From: Diplonema japonicum
Lineage: Eukaryota > Protista > Euglenozoa: Diplonemea
NCBI GenBank assembly: GCA_964019335.1
Contig: OZ025648.1
Span: 558,001-622,000 of the forward strand
Direction: 5' to 3'
Length of the DNA stretch: 64,000 nucleotides
Position numbers and translations under genes: made by a program. The notes under the pieces were generated by a model. The model was not told where the DNA came from, searched no databases, and was given only the letters and a program-made list of their open reading frames with translations. Every line of letters begins with the position of its first letter. The first letter of the stretch is position 1. Positions 23,689 to 34,787 of the stretch are shown here, in pieces.

Positions 23689-24106
23689 AGCAGAAAGAGA
23701 CGGTGGTTAGTGAGGGGGAAAGGCATTAAAAAATTTTAAAAAAAGGAACTTGTGTTTTTTTTTTTTTTCATTTTTTTTTCCGTGCTTTCCTTTCCAGCCC
23801 CCGTTCGCTACTCTCGCCCCAAAGGAAACAGGGACAACAACAGAAGAAGGAGAAGAAAATGTGCAGCAGCAAGGGGGGGGGGGTTTTATTTTATAAAAAA
23901 AATGTGTTCTGTACACTGTAGCTTCTTCGTGGAGACCCTACTCATTTCTTTTTCTCACTTTCCGACCCAAGTTAGAGTTTTTGGGGCAAAAAAAGAAAAG
24001 AAAGTGAGAAGGGGGCAGCAGAGGTGGTGTAGGACAATATGGGGAGGCGAGCATAAGTAGTTCTTTTTTTCTTTTTTTTCTTTTTTTTCTTAAAAACTCC
24101 CTTTTT

Positions 24107-24141
<35 letters not shown>

Positions 24142-24893
24142 GTTACTTTTCTTTTCTTCACTTCTTTTTTTTTTTTTCTTGTGTTAGAAATCTTTTTAAA
24201 AAAAAAGAAAGAAATAAAAAAGAAGACAACATAAAAAGATATAAAAAAAAAAAAGAGAGTAGAAAAAAAAAACAAAGAGAAAAAAAAAAGTAAATAAAAA
24301 AATGTAGCAATCAAAAAAAAAAGGCAAGAAGAGGTGCATGTGGACGCAGGAAGTAATAAATACTGTAAAAAATGAAAAGGTGGGGGTTGAAACCGACTAT
24401 GCTTCAGCCACTTACACTTTACAGTAAATAAAAATTCACTATTATGAGGTGAGTTGCTGGTTGCAACGAATTCATCCAAAAAGAAATTATTAACAATAAA
24501 GAAAAAAGAAGGGGGGGAAAAGAATAAGAAAAACTATGTACTTTTTTTTTTTTTTTTTTCTTCCTCTTTTCTTTCCCTTCCTTTTTTTTTTTTTTTTTTT
24601 TTTTTCTGAAATCGAAGCTGTAAAGGAGGGGGGGGGAAACATGACAGTAAACCCATGGGATGAGGTTCGAGATAAGAAGAAATGTATAAAAGAAAAAAAA
24701 AAAAAAAAAGAATAGGAGAACGAAAGGAGTACCCGGAGGGGTCCTCTCTCCCTTTCATTTTTTCCCCCCTGAATTATCCCCATCCCCCATAATCCTTCTT
24801 TCCCCATTGTCTGGTTTGGCGAAAAAAGAAAAAAAAAGTATGAGGGCAAGAATGCAAAAAAAAAAAAAAAAAAAAAGAAAAAAGAAGAGGTAT

Positions 24894-24924
<31 letters not shown>

Positions 24925-25069
24925 CTTTTCCCGTCACAATCTTCAGGTAGAATAATTTTTTTTTCTATTCTTTTTTTTTTTTTTGTTTCCCTAAAATAAT
25001 TTCTTTCCTTCTCTAATACCAACACCTCCCATTTCTGTCGGTGTTTTTTTTTTTTTTTTCCCCGTCTCC

Positions 25070-26416
25070 TCAGTACCCCACTTCACCGTAAGGGCTGTAT
25101 ACAGGTGCCGCATAATCCTGAGCACCACCACCCTCCACGGGTTCTTGTGTGTAGTAGGTTTCCTGAGTGATGTCACTGTACATGGGCTGCTCGATGGGAA
25201 CATAGGAGTAGCAATTGACAGGCATACTCTTGGGAACCGCGGGAGGGTGGAAAAACGGGATCGCATGCCAAGCCTGCAGGGAGTCCTGGCAATTAGGAAT
25301 CCTGCACGTGTGGCGGTACTGTGCTTGGTGGTGCGCGTCGTTCAGTTGGTTGCAGTGGAAGTCCTGTGGGCACATCTGTGGCGGGATGGGCGGGAGGATC
25401 GTCAAAAGGTACTCCCGGAGTGCGTCCGAACCGACGTGAGCGTATCTGCACCTGTGGCTCCACTGGCACGTGCCCTTGATGTCGTCCCTGCACCACGTGA
25501 TGAACCCTTTGCACCTTAAGAACGATGCAGTTGGTGCACTGAGGTTCAGGTCACTCTCTTTCACACTGATCTCCACCTCCCAGGGTTCCTGTCCAAGGAC
25601 GAGCTTCACCATCTCTTCTTCCTCGTCTTCAGGCGGGTTCGGGATTTTTTTCTTCTCCACTTGTTCCACGGCTTCCTCCGGCTCCGTCATGGGGCGCTCT
25701 TCCTCGTCCTCTTCAATTGGCTCAGCAAACACTACAGATGGTGCCGACTGCGATCTGCGTGTGCACGCGCCCCTTACGAGGCACGACTTCCTTTCCGTCT
25801 CTTCCTGTTTAGGTTCTTCGCGTTCTTCAATCTCTTCTTCCTTCTTGCTTTCTTCGTTTTGTTGCTCGACCTCCAGAACAACGGGCGCTGTCTCTTGTAC
25901 CTCCACCTCCACCTCTTCTTCCACCACCTCCTCCTCCTCGATGGGGTTCAGCTTCTGCGCCGCATCGTTCTTCCTCTTCTTCCGCAGCCTCTTCTTCACG
26001 TTCACGAGTGCCATCTGCCTGCCCACCTTGATGCATCGTTTCTTCTTCTTTTCCTTTGTTTTTTCTGTTTCGCTTTCCTCGAGTTCTTCCTGTTCATGTT
26101 CCGACTGGTCATCCGTTGCACTGGGTGCCTCAAGCAGCATGATCTCTGTGGCGATGGGTGCTGTTGGCTGGGAACCTGTAAAGTTCCAAGCGAACACAGC
26201 CAACTTGTCACCTCTGCTGAGCATCGACTTTCTGAGGTAAGCTACCGCAATTAGCACGGCCACTGCAGTGCCCATCATCACCACTGTGGCGCCCATCACG
26301 CCGTCGCGCAGCAGTGCAGCTTCCTCTACCTCCACCCACGACCCGACCAGCTTCACAAGCCTCGCCTCCGTCGCGAACTCATCGTTGCTGCCGTTCACCG
26401 TGCACACTTCCGTCAT
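25070..26416 (-). CDS. Membrane-anchored Glu-rich protein with CCCH-type zinc fingers
   Basis: TM segment, acidic coil, CRDDIKGTCQWSHRCRYAH and further Cys/His motifs; start and last exon uncertain. Confidence 0.7.
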   Translation of the reverse strand: MTEVCTVNGSNDEFATEARLVKLVGSWVEVEEAALLRDGVMGATVVMMGTAVAVLIAVAYLRKSMLSRGDKLAVFAWNFTGSQPTAPIATEIMLLEAPSATDDQSEHEQEELEESETEKTKEKKKKRCIKVGRQMALVNVKKRLRKKRKNDAAQKLNPIEEEEVVEEEVEVEVQETAPVVLEVEQQNEESKKEEEIEEREEPKQEETERKSCLVRGACTRRSQSAPSVVFAEPIEEDEEERPMTEPEEAVEQVEKKKIPNPPEDEEEEMVKLVLGQEPWEVEISVKESDLNLSAPTASFLRCKGFITWCRDDIKGTCQWSHRCRYAHVGSDALREYLLTILPPIPPQMCPQDFHCNQLNDAHHQAQYRHTCRIPNCQDSLQAWHAIPFFHPPAVPKSMPVNCYSYVPIEQPMYSDITQETYYTQEPVEGGGAQDYAAPVYSPYGEVGY

Positions 26417-26580
26417 GTTTGTGCCTTTTGGGTAACCTCTACCTGTGGTGGCGTGAAGGCAGCGAAAGTAAAAACAATCATTATGAATCAGCAAGTAAGC
26501 GCACAAAAAAAAAGTTTAAAAAATACAATGATTGGCGTCCTCAGTGGAGGAAAGCAAAGCGATACATGGCAACTGGAAAG

Positions 26581-27909
26581 CTACCCCTCTCGAGCATGGA
26601 CAGACAACAGCAGGCTAGGCGGGCTTGCGCTGTCTTGGTTTTCCTCTTCCTCTGCGCTCCCATCGCTGTCCTCCTCCACGGGCACCATGGACGCCCTCTT
26701 CTCTGCTGCAATCTTAATAACTTCAGAGGAGGATGTAGAGGACGTGGAGGGCAGCGAAAGGAGTCCCTGCTGCACCTTCTCTTGGATGTCTGCCTGTGTG
26801 TCAGTCGGGTGAATCGCGACATCTAAGACGTTGTCCTCCATTTTGATCTGGATGGTCTTCATGCATGGTGACAGACAGCCATCGTGCTGCAAGTCGACAG
26901 TAGTTCTGCACACGGGGCACGAAGGGGCGTTCTTTTTCTTCGCCTGTTCAATGAACCACTTCTCTAAGCAGTACCTGTGCAGGATGTGAGAGCATGTTCG
27001 CAGGTGCACCCATCCTGTCACGGGAAACTTTGTGATTTCACCAGCGTACAACACCTCGCAACGTGCCTCGAGGGCGCTGTGCTCTGGGATCTCTGGTGCA
27101 TCGTTCGGGATGCTGCCTGCCTCCAAGCACACGACACAGCACGCGTTGTCAGGTTCGCCAACACTTCGCACCCCTGTGAGCGCCATCACCACCGATGTGA
27201 AGTCGACTGGCTCCTGCTCGTTGTAGCCGTATGGGGCATTTGGGGGCCTGCGAGAGGCCCTGTTATGCTGCATATCGCGTAGGCTCCTGACACACCACGC
27301 AGCGAAGACTGCTGTCACGGTGATCACAAACACCGACAAGCCTAACAGGAAGGCACCCATGTACTCCGTCTTGGGCCGTAGTTCCGCGGCGTACCCATCG
27401 ATGCAGCAGCTGCCCGTCCATGTGCAGGAGTCTGATGGTGATTCAAGGCATTCTTTCTTGCTCACCCACATGCACGTCAGGGGCATGATGGATACCCGTT
27501 TTGTGCACCCACTAGAGGACGGTGCCCTCGTAGGGGTGTCGACAAGACCTCCACAGACACACGTCGTCGACTTGCTGTCGTGTGAGAACCCTACACCTTT
27601 GAGGAAATACTTTTCCTTGTCCATTCTCCACGGCAGCAAGAAGTACTCATCAAATGGCAGCTCCGAATGGAAATAGTAACACTGCATCAAACATTCTTTT
27701 TCAGACACATTCCTGTATATTGCCCCGCCCACCTGCCCACACTCCTGTCTGTATGCTTGCACGCCATTCATGGAATCTTCAATGAACTTTCTCGAGCATT
27801 CCTTCGTGCTGAGGATCAGCTCGTCTCCGTTGTGAACGGGAAGCCATCCTGATGGTCTCCACCAACCGCACACCAGTGGGAAAGAAACTATCAAGGCTAA
27901 TGTCTTCAT
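26581..27909 (-). CDS. Signal peptide + TM + RING-H2 E3 ubiquitin ligase
   Basis: CVVCLE...CSHILHRYCLEKW...CPVCR. Confidence 0.85.
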   Translation of the reverse strand: MKTLALIVSFPLVCGWWRPSGWLPVHNGDELILSTKECSRKFIEDSMNGVQAYRQECGQVGGAIYRNVSEKECLMQCYYFHSELPFDEYFLLPWRMDKEKYFLKGVGFSHDSKSTTCVCGGLVDTPTRAPSSSGCTKRVSIMPLTCMWVSKKECLESPSDSCTWTGSCCIDGYAAELRPKTEYMGAFLLGLSVFVITVTAVFAAWCVRSLRDMQHNRASRRPPNAPYGYNEQEPVDFTSVVMALTGVRSVGEPDNACCVVCLEAGSIPNDAPEIPEHSALEARCEVLYAGEITKFPVTGWVHLRTCSHILHRYCLEKWFIEQAKKKNAPSCPVCRTTVDLQHDGCLSPCMKTIQIKMEDNVLDVAIHPTDTQADIQEKVQQGLLSLPSTSSTSSSEVIKIAAEKRASMVPVEEDSDGSAEEEENQDSASPPSLLLSVHAREG

Positions 27910-27975
27910 CTTTGTGTGATATTGACCACTGAAGGGATTGAGAGCAACAAGGAGCGTGGGCAGTACTGGGAGATT

Positions 27976-29175
27976 CTATTCTTCTTTTTCGAACGGAAAG
28001 TAAGGTTTGGCCGGCCTCGCCTCCACAGGGCGCATCAGGCGTTGGTTCATGCTTGTCTGCGTCACGGGGTCCATGTAGTCGGATGGGTCCTGCCCAGGCT
28101 TCTCGGGTTCCCTAGTGAATCCAGCGATTTGGTTCGCAAGCCTAACCCCACTCACCCACGCTGCCTCAATTGTGTTGGACCCTCCGGTCCAATCGCCGCA
28201 CACACCCAATCTGGCTTCTTCGTCATACAGGCGTTCCAGAGGATCCGTGCTCTCATGATACCCCTGCGGCCACATGTGGATGTCACCAAATACAGGAGCC
28301 GGTGCTCCCTGAGCCGTAGGGAGCTTCTGGAAGGCAGCGCCAAGCTCCATGAGGATCTCTTCTCGCGTCATGCTAAGCTGGATTACTTTAGAGGAGAACT
28401 CGGGCGTGCAGACGAAGGTCAGAGCACTCACCTCTGCAGGCCTCGCGTCCTTGGTGCAGTTGTTGTAGGCAGCAGAGAAGGCAAGGTGGTGCTTAAAGCG
28501 CAGAATATCAAAGTCTGCAATGCCAGGGACGTTCCACCCAATGACGAAGACCAGAAGAGGGTTGTATTTTGCTACGCCTGCTTTGTCCATAAGCGGGGTA
28601 TCGGGGAGAGGGAAGGCTTCAGACCCTGTAAAGGCAGGGATGATGACCTGTGGTGGACAGGCCAAAGCGAGAACGTCACAGCGCTTCCATTTGCCGTCTT
28701 CCTGCTTGACGATCCACTGGTCACGCTCCCAACGCTGGATCATAGTGACATTCGTGTTTTGAAAGATGTGGCTGAAGTTGCTGATGCCGGCTCCGAAGAT
28801 AAACTTCTCGAGTACTCTTACGCTGGGCACCATAACGTGGCGTGTGACCTCCTCGTCAAGATCTTCCATGTTGCGTGTAGCTGCATCGTAGCTCTTGACC
28901 ACTCTCCCCCACTTCGAGATCATTTTCATCTTCCGCAGGCTGTCTGTTACTGTCTTCCACGATCGTGTACTCGGTTCCATAAACTGCTGCACACCTAGAT
29001 CGAAGTAATGTGCTGATGTTAGCGTCGCTGTGCACTTCCCCCCGAGACCTGATGTCTTTTCCAATAATTTGTAACTCCCTGTCCACTTCTGTGCGGCCCT
29101 CAGTTGTTCTAAACGTGCAGCGCACCCCATGCCTGCAACTCCACCACCGACGATGATGACATCCTTGCGCATCAT
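27976..29175 (-). CDS. Renalase-like FAD-dependent oxidoreductase
   Basis: IIVGGGVAG Rossmann motif, EKTSGLGG, FDLGVQQF, GVCGDW...IEAAWVSG. Confidence 0.85.
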   Translation of the reverse strand: MMRKDVIIVGGGVAGMGCAARLEQLRAAQKWTGSYKLLEKTSGLGGKCTATLTSAHYFDLGVQQFMEPSTRSWKTVTDSLRKMKMISKWGRVVKSYDAATRNMEDLDEEVTRHVMVPSVRVLEKFIFGAGISNFSHIFQNTNVTMIQRWERDQWIVKQEDGKWKRCDVLALACPPQVIIPAFTGSEAFPLPDTPLMDKAGVAKYNPLLVFVIGWNVPGIADFDILRFKHHLAFSAAYNNCTKDARPAEVSALTFVCTPEFSSKVIQLSMTREEILMELGAAFQKLPTAQGAPAPVFGDIHMWPQGYHESTDPLERLYDEEARLGVCGDWTGGSNTIEAAWVSGVRLANQIAGFTREPEKPGQDPSDYMDPVTQTSMNQRLMRPVEARPAKPYFPFEKEE

Positions 29176-29675
29176 GTTGCCTGTATGTTAGTATGTTTGC
29201 GCTGAATGGTGTTTTGACAATATATGTGAACGAATAATAAAAAAGGATTATAGCGGTATCTATCAATCATCTATCGTTTCAAACCCAACACGAAGTACAT
29301 AAATGCAAACAGGATCATGGAAACTGGAAGGGAAAAAAAGAATTTAGGAGAAATTTTGCACTCTTTCTCATTTTTTGTTTCTGTCACATACGAACGAAAG
29401 GAAAGGCCAGCTGTTTTATGATGGACACAAGGAAGTCCTTCGGTCTCTTGGCCTGTCCTCTTGTCATTGCGCGAGTGCGTTCTTTTCTCTCCTTTTTGTT
29501 CAACTGGACCTCCACATTGGCTTCGGGGTCGTATCCTCTTCGCTTCATTGTTTTTTCTTTGTCCCCCTTCTTTCTTAACAGAATTAGGAAAAATGGCAAC
29601 TAAAGGATAAAGAAAAAAAAAACCATAACTCACCTATATTCACAAAGCGTCGTTTGCAGACGGGGGGTTTTTCAA

Positions 29676-30854
29676 TCAACCTATGTGCATTTTGCCGAGG
29701 GTGCTTTTTTGGAGAGTGACCTCTCGTTGGTGGACCACTGGTTGCCATTTATTGATCCACTGCATGAGCTCGTGGTGGCGGTTTGTCTTCTCCACGACCT
29801 CGATCCTGAGTGTTTCAATCTGCTGCTTTCGGATTTCGTAGTCCATGAGAAGGTCTTCGGATCCTATCATGGGCATCTTTTCTCGCATTTTCACATTCTC
29901 GCTGACGAAGACGTCCCTATCACGCTTGACGCTAGACATCTTGGCGCGGTGTACGTCTAAGTCGTCGTCTAGTGTGTCGAGTTGTTTACGGAGCCCTTGG
30001 TTCTCTCCTTGTATGTACTGCAGTTTTTCCTTCACATGCGTTAGGATGTGGATCGTGGTAGTGGCCTTCTTCTTCAGCTTCAGAAGATCTTCATTTCTCT
30101 CTTCAATTTTCTCGTTCAGTGTTGTGTTCTCAATCTTCAGCTGTTCGAAGTCTATTAAGTGTAAACCGTCTGTCAGCTTCTCCTTCTCTTTGAGCAGATC
30201 CGAGAGTTTCTTCGCCCTATTCCGCATACGGATGTACCCCACTCGGGCTAGCTTCACTTCTTGGTTCCTCTTCTCTTCTTGAGTTTCATGTATCTCCAGT
30301 TTTTTTTTCGGCAGCGGTTTTTTGTTCCTGGAGAACGTCGCTTGTTCCGCCTTGTCCCTCTTGAAGTTTTTGAACGACAACTCGTACTCATCGGCTTTCA
30401 GTTGGTGGGAGTTCATCTTCTCTTTTGCTGCTTCGAGATCGTCGAGATTTTGCGATTTTAAGCCTTCGACTTCTACACGCGAGTGCCGTACCTGGTCCAG
30501 CAGAGCTAGGAACTTGTTCTCTGCCTCTGCTGCGTTGTGCATTTCACCCGACTTGTCTTGCTCCGCCTGTTTCTTCTGGTCAAAGTGTTTGCACAGTGTC
30601 CTCTGCATCTTGATGTTTTCTTCCAGCAGCCTTTCTCTTCTTTTCAGCTCATCCTTGAACTCTTCGACCAGCGCGTCCTTCTTCTCCTGCTCCGTAACTA
30701 TAGGCTCGTCATCTTCTTGTAGCCCTTTAGCTTCTAAGCCTCTCCGGTTCGAATCCTTCCAATACTTTTGTATAATCACAGCTGCGTCGTTCTGAAGCTG
30801 TTGTTCCTGCTGATCTTCTTCTTCATCTCTTCCAGCCTCTTCTTGGTCTGACAT
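29676..30854 (-). CDS. CCDC96: Coiled-coil cilia protein CCDC96/CFAP184 (DUF4201)
   Basis: GLHLIDFEQLKIENTTLNEKIEERNEDL...HILTHVKEKL. Confidence 0.85.
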   Translation of the reverse strand: MSDQEEAGRDEEEDQQEQQLQNDAAVIIQKYWKDSNRRGLEAKGLQEDDEPIVTEQEKKDALVEEFKDELKRRERLLEENIKMQRTLCKHFDQKKQAEQDKSGEMHNAAEAENKFLALLDQVRHSRVEVEGLKSQNLDDLEAAKEKMNSHQLKADEYELSFKNFKRDKAEQATFSRNKKPLPKKKLEIHETQEEKRNQEVKLARVGYIRMRNRAKKLSDLLKEKEKLTDGLHLIDFEQLKIENTTLNEKIEERNEDLLKLKKKATTTIHILTHVKEKLQYIQGENQGLRKQLDTLDDDLDVHRAKMSSVKRDRDVFVSENVKMREKMPMIGSEDLLMDYEIRKQQIETLRIEVVEKTNRHHELMQWINKWQPVVHQREVTLQKSTLGKMHIG

Positions 30855-30866
30855 TTGTGTAGGGTG

Positions 30867-30902
<36 letters not shown>

Positions 30903-31241
30903 CTCCCTTTCCTTGGTTTATGATTGGAAAACCCCAATTTTTGGGCCTATCTGCAGGCAAGGAAACCCGTGGGACAGGCTGCACAACGGCGCACAGGGGG
31001 AGGAAGAGAGTCACCCCAGCATCGAGACAATCTGCCAAAGATGAACGGCTGAAGAGCAGACGACGTGCACTGCGGTGCTATACTTCACAGCGCAGACGAC
31101 AGGACGTGGAGAAGGCCAACCCAGGCTGAAGGAGAGGGCGGGATGCTACATTACAAAGCGATTATGGAAATACCCAAAACGGCCGACTGCGAAATGGGAT
31201 AGATACGACTTACCTGTGATGCGCGCGTGAAGCGAGCACGA

Positions 31242-31315
31242 GTTCCCATGGTCTAGTTGGTTATGACGTCGCCTTAACACGGCGAAGGTCTCCGGTTCGA
31301 ACCCGGATGGGAATA
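31242..31315 (+). tRNA. tRNA-Val(AAC)
   Basis: Cloverleaf; anticodon arm TCGCC-TTAACAC-GGCGA; GTTCGAA T-loop; T-run terminator follows. Confidence 0.95.
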
Positions 31316-31580
31316 TTTTTTAAAGTAGCAGAATAAAAAAATACTTCCTGCATGATTTCTTCCATTCTACTTTTTTAAGAAATGCAGCCTCTCATTCTTT
31401 TTCTTTTCTTTTTTTTTTTTTTTTTTCGTTCGCAAGCTTTCGATGCTAGAACTGAAACAAAACAGATTTTCATTTTCTCATTTTGAAGAAAAAAAAGGAG
31501 AAAGGACACAGGGATAAAAGTGCTTCCCCAAGCGGAGCTAAGAATAATCGTGTAAAGCGACGGTTTCTTCTTTCCCATAT

Positions 31581-32414
31581 TTAAGGGCAGTAGCAGCAGA
31601 GGACCATGACAACGAGCAGCCATTGAGTTTGTTGTGGTGGTTGGGAGTCGAGCCATGCACCGAGCTCGAAGGCGGCGTATGCCATGAGGAGGGAGATGAG
31701 GACTGTAGTCGAAGCAATGATGAGGATGCGCAACCAAGGTGTTGGGTGCAGAACGTGGGCAGCACTGTAGCGATTGACGTGGGGGCAAGAGGTGACAGGG
31801 TTAATCGCTTGCCACCATTGCAAGGTGGCCTTTGACGCAAGGAAGCCGAGGCAGAAAAGAGGCACGAAGAAGACAGCGGAGATTGAAACTGTCCACAATT
31901 TCCAACTCGGGCGTGCTAAGCCTAGCAATGTGATCGTTGTTGGAAGAAACAGAGAAAGGTACACAAATTGCGCGGCAGCAACAAGCCCCATCAACGAGAA
32001 GCTCCCTGCATCCCCCGCATCTTTCGCCAGCTTTCTCGCAGCCGCTGACCTTACTGGTCTCATCAAACAGTGCTCTGCAAGCTTCACATGTGTGTCATCA
32101 TCATCTATCACTGCAATGCACACTGCATCGGTCAAGGGACTTGACCCCACACCTTCTGACAAAACATGTGTGACGAGAACTCGAACCAAAGAGTTGATAT
32201 GAGCAAGCCGCAGTGCCTGAACTATGTCCGGCACTTCGAGGGGGTCTTTGACTGTCGGTTTCTCTTTCAGGAGGAACGAAATAACTAAAATCCAGCAATC
32301 CGGTGCCAGAAGGCTCCCTCTGCCTAGCAAGTTCACCTGGTAACTATCTACGTAGCTCCTTTCAGTGGTCGTCAGGAGTGGTTGCAGCTCTTCGGCATCG
32401 TGCGGGAAGCTCAT
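31581..32414 (-). CDS. Hypothetical multi-pass membrane protein
   Basis: 277-aa ORF with several hydrophobic segments in the C-terminal half. Confidence 0.65.
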   Translation of the reverse strand: MSFPHDAEELQPLLTTTERSYVDSYQVNLLGRGSLLAPDCWILVISFLLKEKPTVKDPLEVPDIVQALRLAHINSLVRVLVTHVLSEGVGSSPLTDAVCIAVIDDDDTHVKLAEHCLMRPVRSAAARKLAKDAGDAGSFSLMGLVAAAQFVYLSLFLPTTITLLGLARPSWKLWTVSISAVFFVPLFCLGFLASKATLQWWQAINPVTSCPHVNRYSAAHVLHPTPWLRILIIASTTVLISLLMAYAAFELGAWLDSQPPQQTQWLLVVMVLCCYCP

Positions 32415-32669
32415 GCAGCACCTGTGAGAGTTGGTTGACGTAATTCAACTTTGTAAGAAAACTAGGAAAGAAACCGAGCGGAAAAAAAGGGTGGGAAGGA
32501 CGAGGAAGAAAAGGGTGGCGGTAAACAACAACAACGACAAAAAAAAAAAAGAACGATTGGAAAAAAACCCCCCCCCCTTTTACATTTATGCATTCCCCAT
32601 CCCTTGTTATTCACTATCCCTTTAATCTTCCTCTCCACTCTCGCCCGCAAGGTAAACGGAGAAACAACG

Positions 32670-32706
<37 letters not shown>

Positions 32707-32992
32707 GCTATTCCCTTTTTTTTTCTTCCTCCCCTCCTCTCCCTTAAACACTGTAAAATAAAAAATAGTTGAAGAACGCAGAAAGACCTGATAGTTGATG
32801 ACTGCCCATAGGCAGGCTGGGGCAGGAGGGTGGGTGAGACTAAACATATGTAGCAGTTTTTTTTTTCTTCTCCTTCTTTTCTCTCCCTCAAAGAATCCAT
32901 TATCCAAGAGGGGCAACAAAAGAGGGGGGGAAAAGTCGAGGGAGACACCAAAGTTCAAGTTAAGCTGAAAGAAGAATAACTAGGTCCCCACA

Positions 32993-33708
32993 TCACCCTC
33001 CACCTTCCTTAAAATGAGGTCGCAGCGCTTCCATGTGAGGCATTTTCTTCAAAAGTGCCCGCCAAAAATCTTCCACTGTTTTAATATCTTTATGACGCCT
33101 GTTCATATTTTTAGACACTCTCAGAACCATCAAGTTCCACTTTGTTACATTCGGATGCAAAGCTTCGTCATCGTACTGCACATTGAACCCAGCCACTTTC
33201 CTGTGTTGCAAAAAAAGAAAAAGAAAAAGTAGATCATTATTATTTATTTTTTTTTTTTTTTCCCGCCATACATCAACACGTCACGCGGTTCGAGTTCCCT
33301 TGCCCGCTTCCTTCCTTCCTCTTTGGGAGGAAAGAACCCTGTAAACTGCCATGTTTGCCCCGTCACGAAAACAGCACAGACATATTGCCAGTCGCTCTGC
33401 GACCTTAAGAAAGGATTTCAAAATAATTTTTTGTTTCGCATGCACTCATACATATTTTCCACGCCATCTCTGATAAGGAATTCCTTGAAGGGGCAGTTGG
33501 GGCGGTCCACTTTCATGATGACATCATCAGTCGCTTCAGACCGCACCTTGGCCTGCATGGGGTCCACCCACTTGCCAGCACCAAGGAAGGTCTTAGCATT
33601 GTGGATGTTGATGACGGAGTTCACGAACCCTGGCACGATGATGATGGGCCTTATCTGTGGCGTCGATATGTTGGTGGGCTTCACCTGCGGGGCGCTCTTC
33701 TCGATCAG

Positions 33709-33767
<59 letters not shown>

Positions 33768-34641
33768 GTGTCATGACATACGCAACTGCCCTCCGCAAGG
33801 CATGCTTCACCTGCTGGTCGCTTGCCGTGCTTGAGAACTGGTCCGCACGCACTGTGTCCCACCCATAGGCTTTCGGGTCTGTGTATCGTGCCAAGCCCAA
33901 CTTCTTTGTATAGTTGACCACCCTCTCCGCCCCCCGCTTAAACATTAGGAAGTCGATTCTCCGTTCTTTGTAGTCCTCGATGAGCTTCTTTCCCTTGCGG
34001 TAAGCATCACGAAGCTTGGCTTCATGATTCAGGTTTTGGGAGACGCGGGGCCCCGTGGCAGGGCCGACGCCTGCCAGGGCCATGGATGATGATGTGGATG
34101 TTTGTGAGAAGGAATCGAACGCAGGCGACGCGTCAGAGGCAGCCCTTCTTCTCAAGGAGTACGTCTCGCTGTTGTGACTCGCCTGGCTGAGCGACCTGGA
34201 CCCTGCCCTCGACATGCTAGGCGACGCATCGGAGTAGGAAGGCGCCATCAACCCAACAACACCCATCACCTTCTCAAAGAAGCCCTCCTGTACATTCGGT
34301 ACCGCCTTCCCCATTCGCTTGTAATGGAATTCATAGATCTTCGCCTTCTTGCTTCGGAACGATTCGCCCACGCTCACCATCTGCGAGCTGTCCCTGTCTA
34401 TCAAATCAAACTGCCCCGCGCTGGCCCTCGACACGGCCTTCTGCGGCAATTTCGCGATCACTTCTTTGTTCAGCTCGTTGATCTCCCCCAGCGTGGGGTA
34501 CATGCCGTCCACCGTGCACTCATCGTCTGCGGAGAAGTGCTTGTCTACGAAAGCCGTCCATTCTTGATGTGCCTTCTGATCAGCTTTCTTCGTCATTGAA
34601 GGGACCTGCGCCCTATCCTGTGTGATGGTGTCTTGGGGCAT
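32993..34641 (-). CDS. CDC73: Parafibromin/CDC73 (PAF1 complex), 3 introns
   Basis: RPIIIVP...INIHNAKTFL, DWQYVCAVFVTGQTWQF, VTKWN...RHKD. GTATG...AG introns join the pieces, including an (AC)n intron at 33710-33781. Confidence 0.8.
33711..33765. repeat. (TG)n microsatellite inside a CDC73 intron
   Basis: Direct reading. Confidence 0.95.
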
Positions 34642-34787
34642 GGTGCCGTCAAGTGATATATAAAATACTCCCCTTACACTGTCCCTTAAAGTTTAGCAGC
34701 ACACTAGTTGGTGGAGGTCAAGGGCGCCGTGGGGCGAACACTATCAAAGAAAAGGGGAAAAAAAAAAACGAAAAAAAGGGACGTCTT

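Noticed and set aside
14900-25000. Poly-K, poly-F and poly-P ORFs in intergenic regions
   Set aside because: Artefacts of homopolymer tracts.
31208-31216. ACTTACCTG resembling the U1 snRNA 5' end
   Set aside because: Only 34 nt before tRNA-Val, with no room for U1 structure or an Sm site. No recognisable divergent snRNA/7SL upstream either.
30900-31241. TSD or retro-insert upstream of tRNA-Val
   Set aside because: No duplicated 5'-boundary sequence or family A similarity found by eye.
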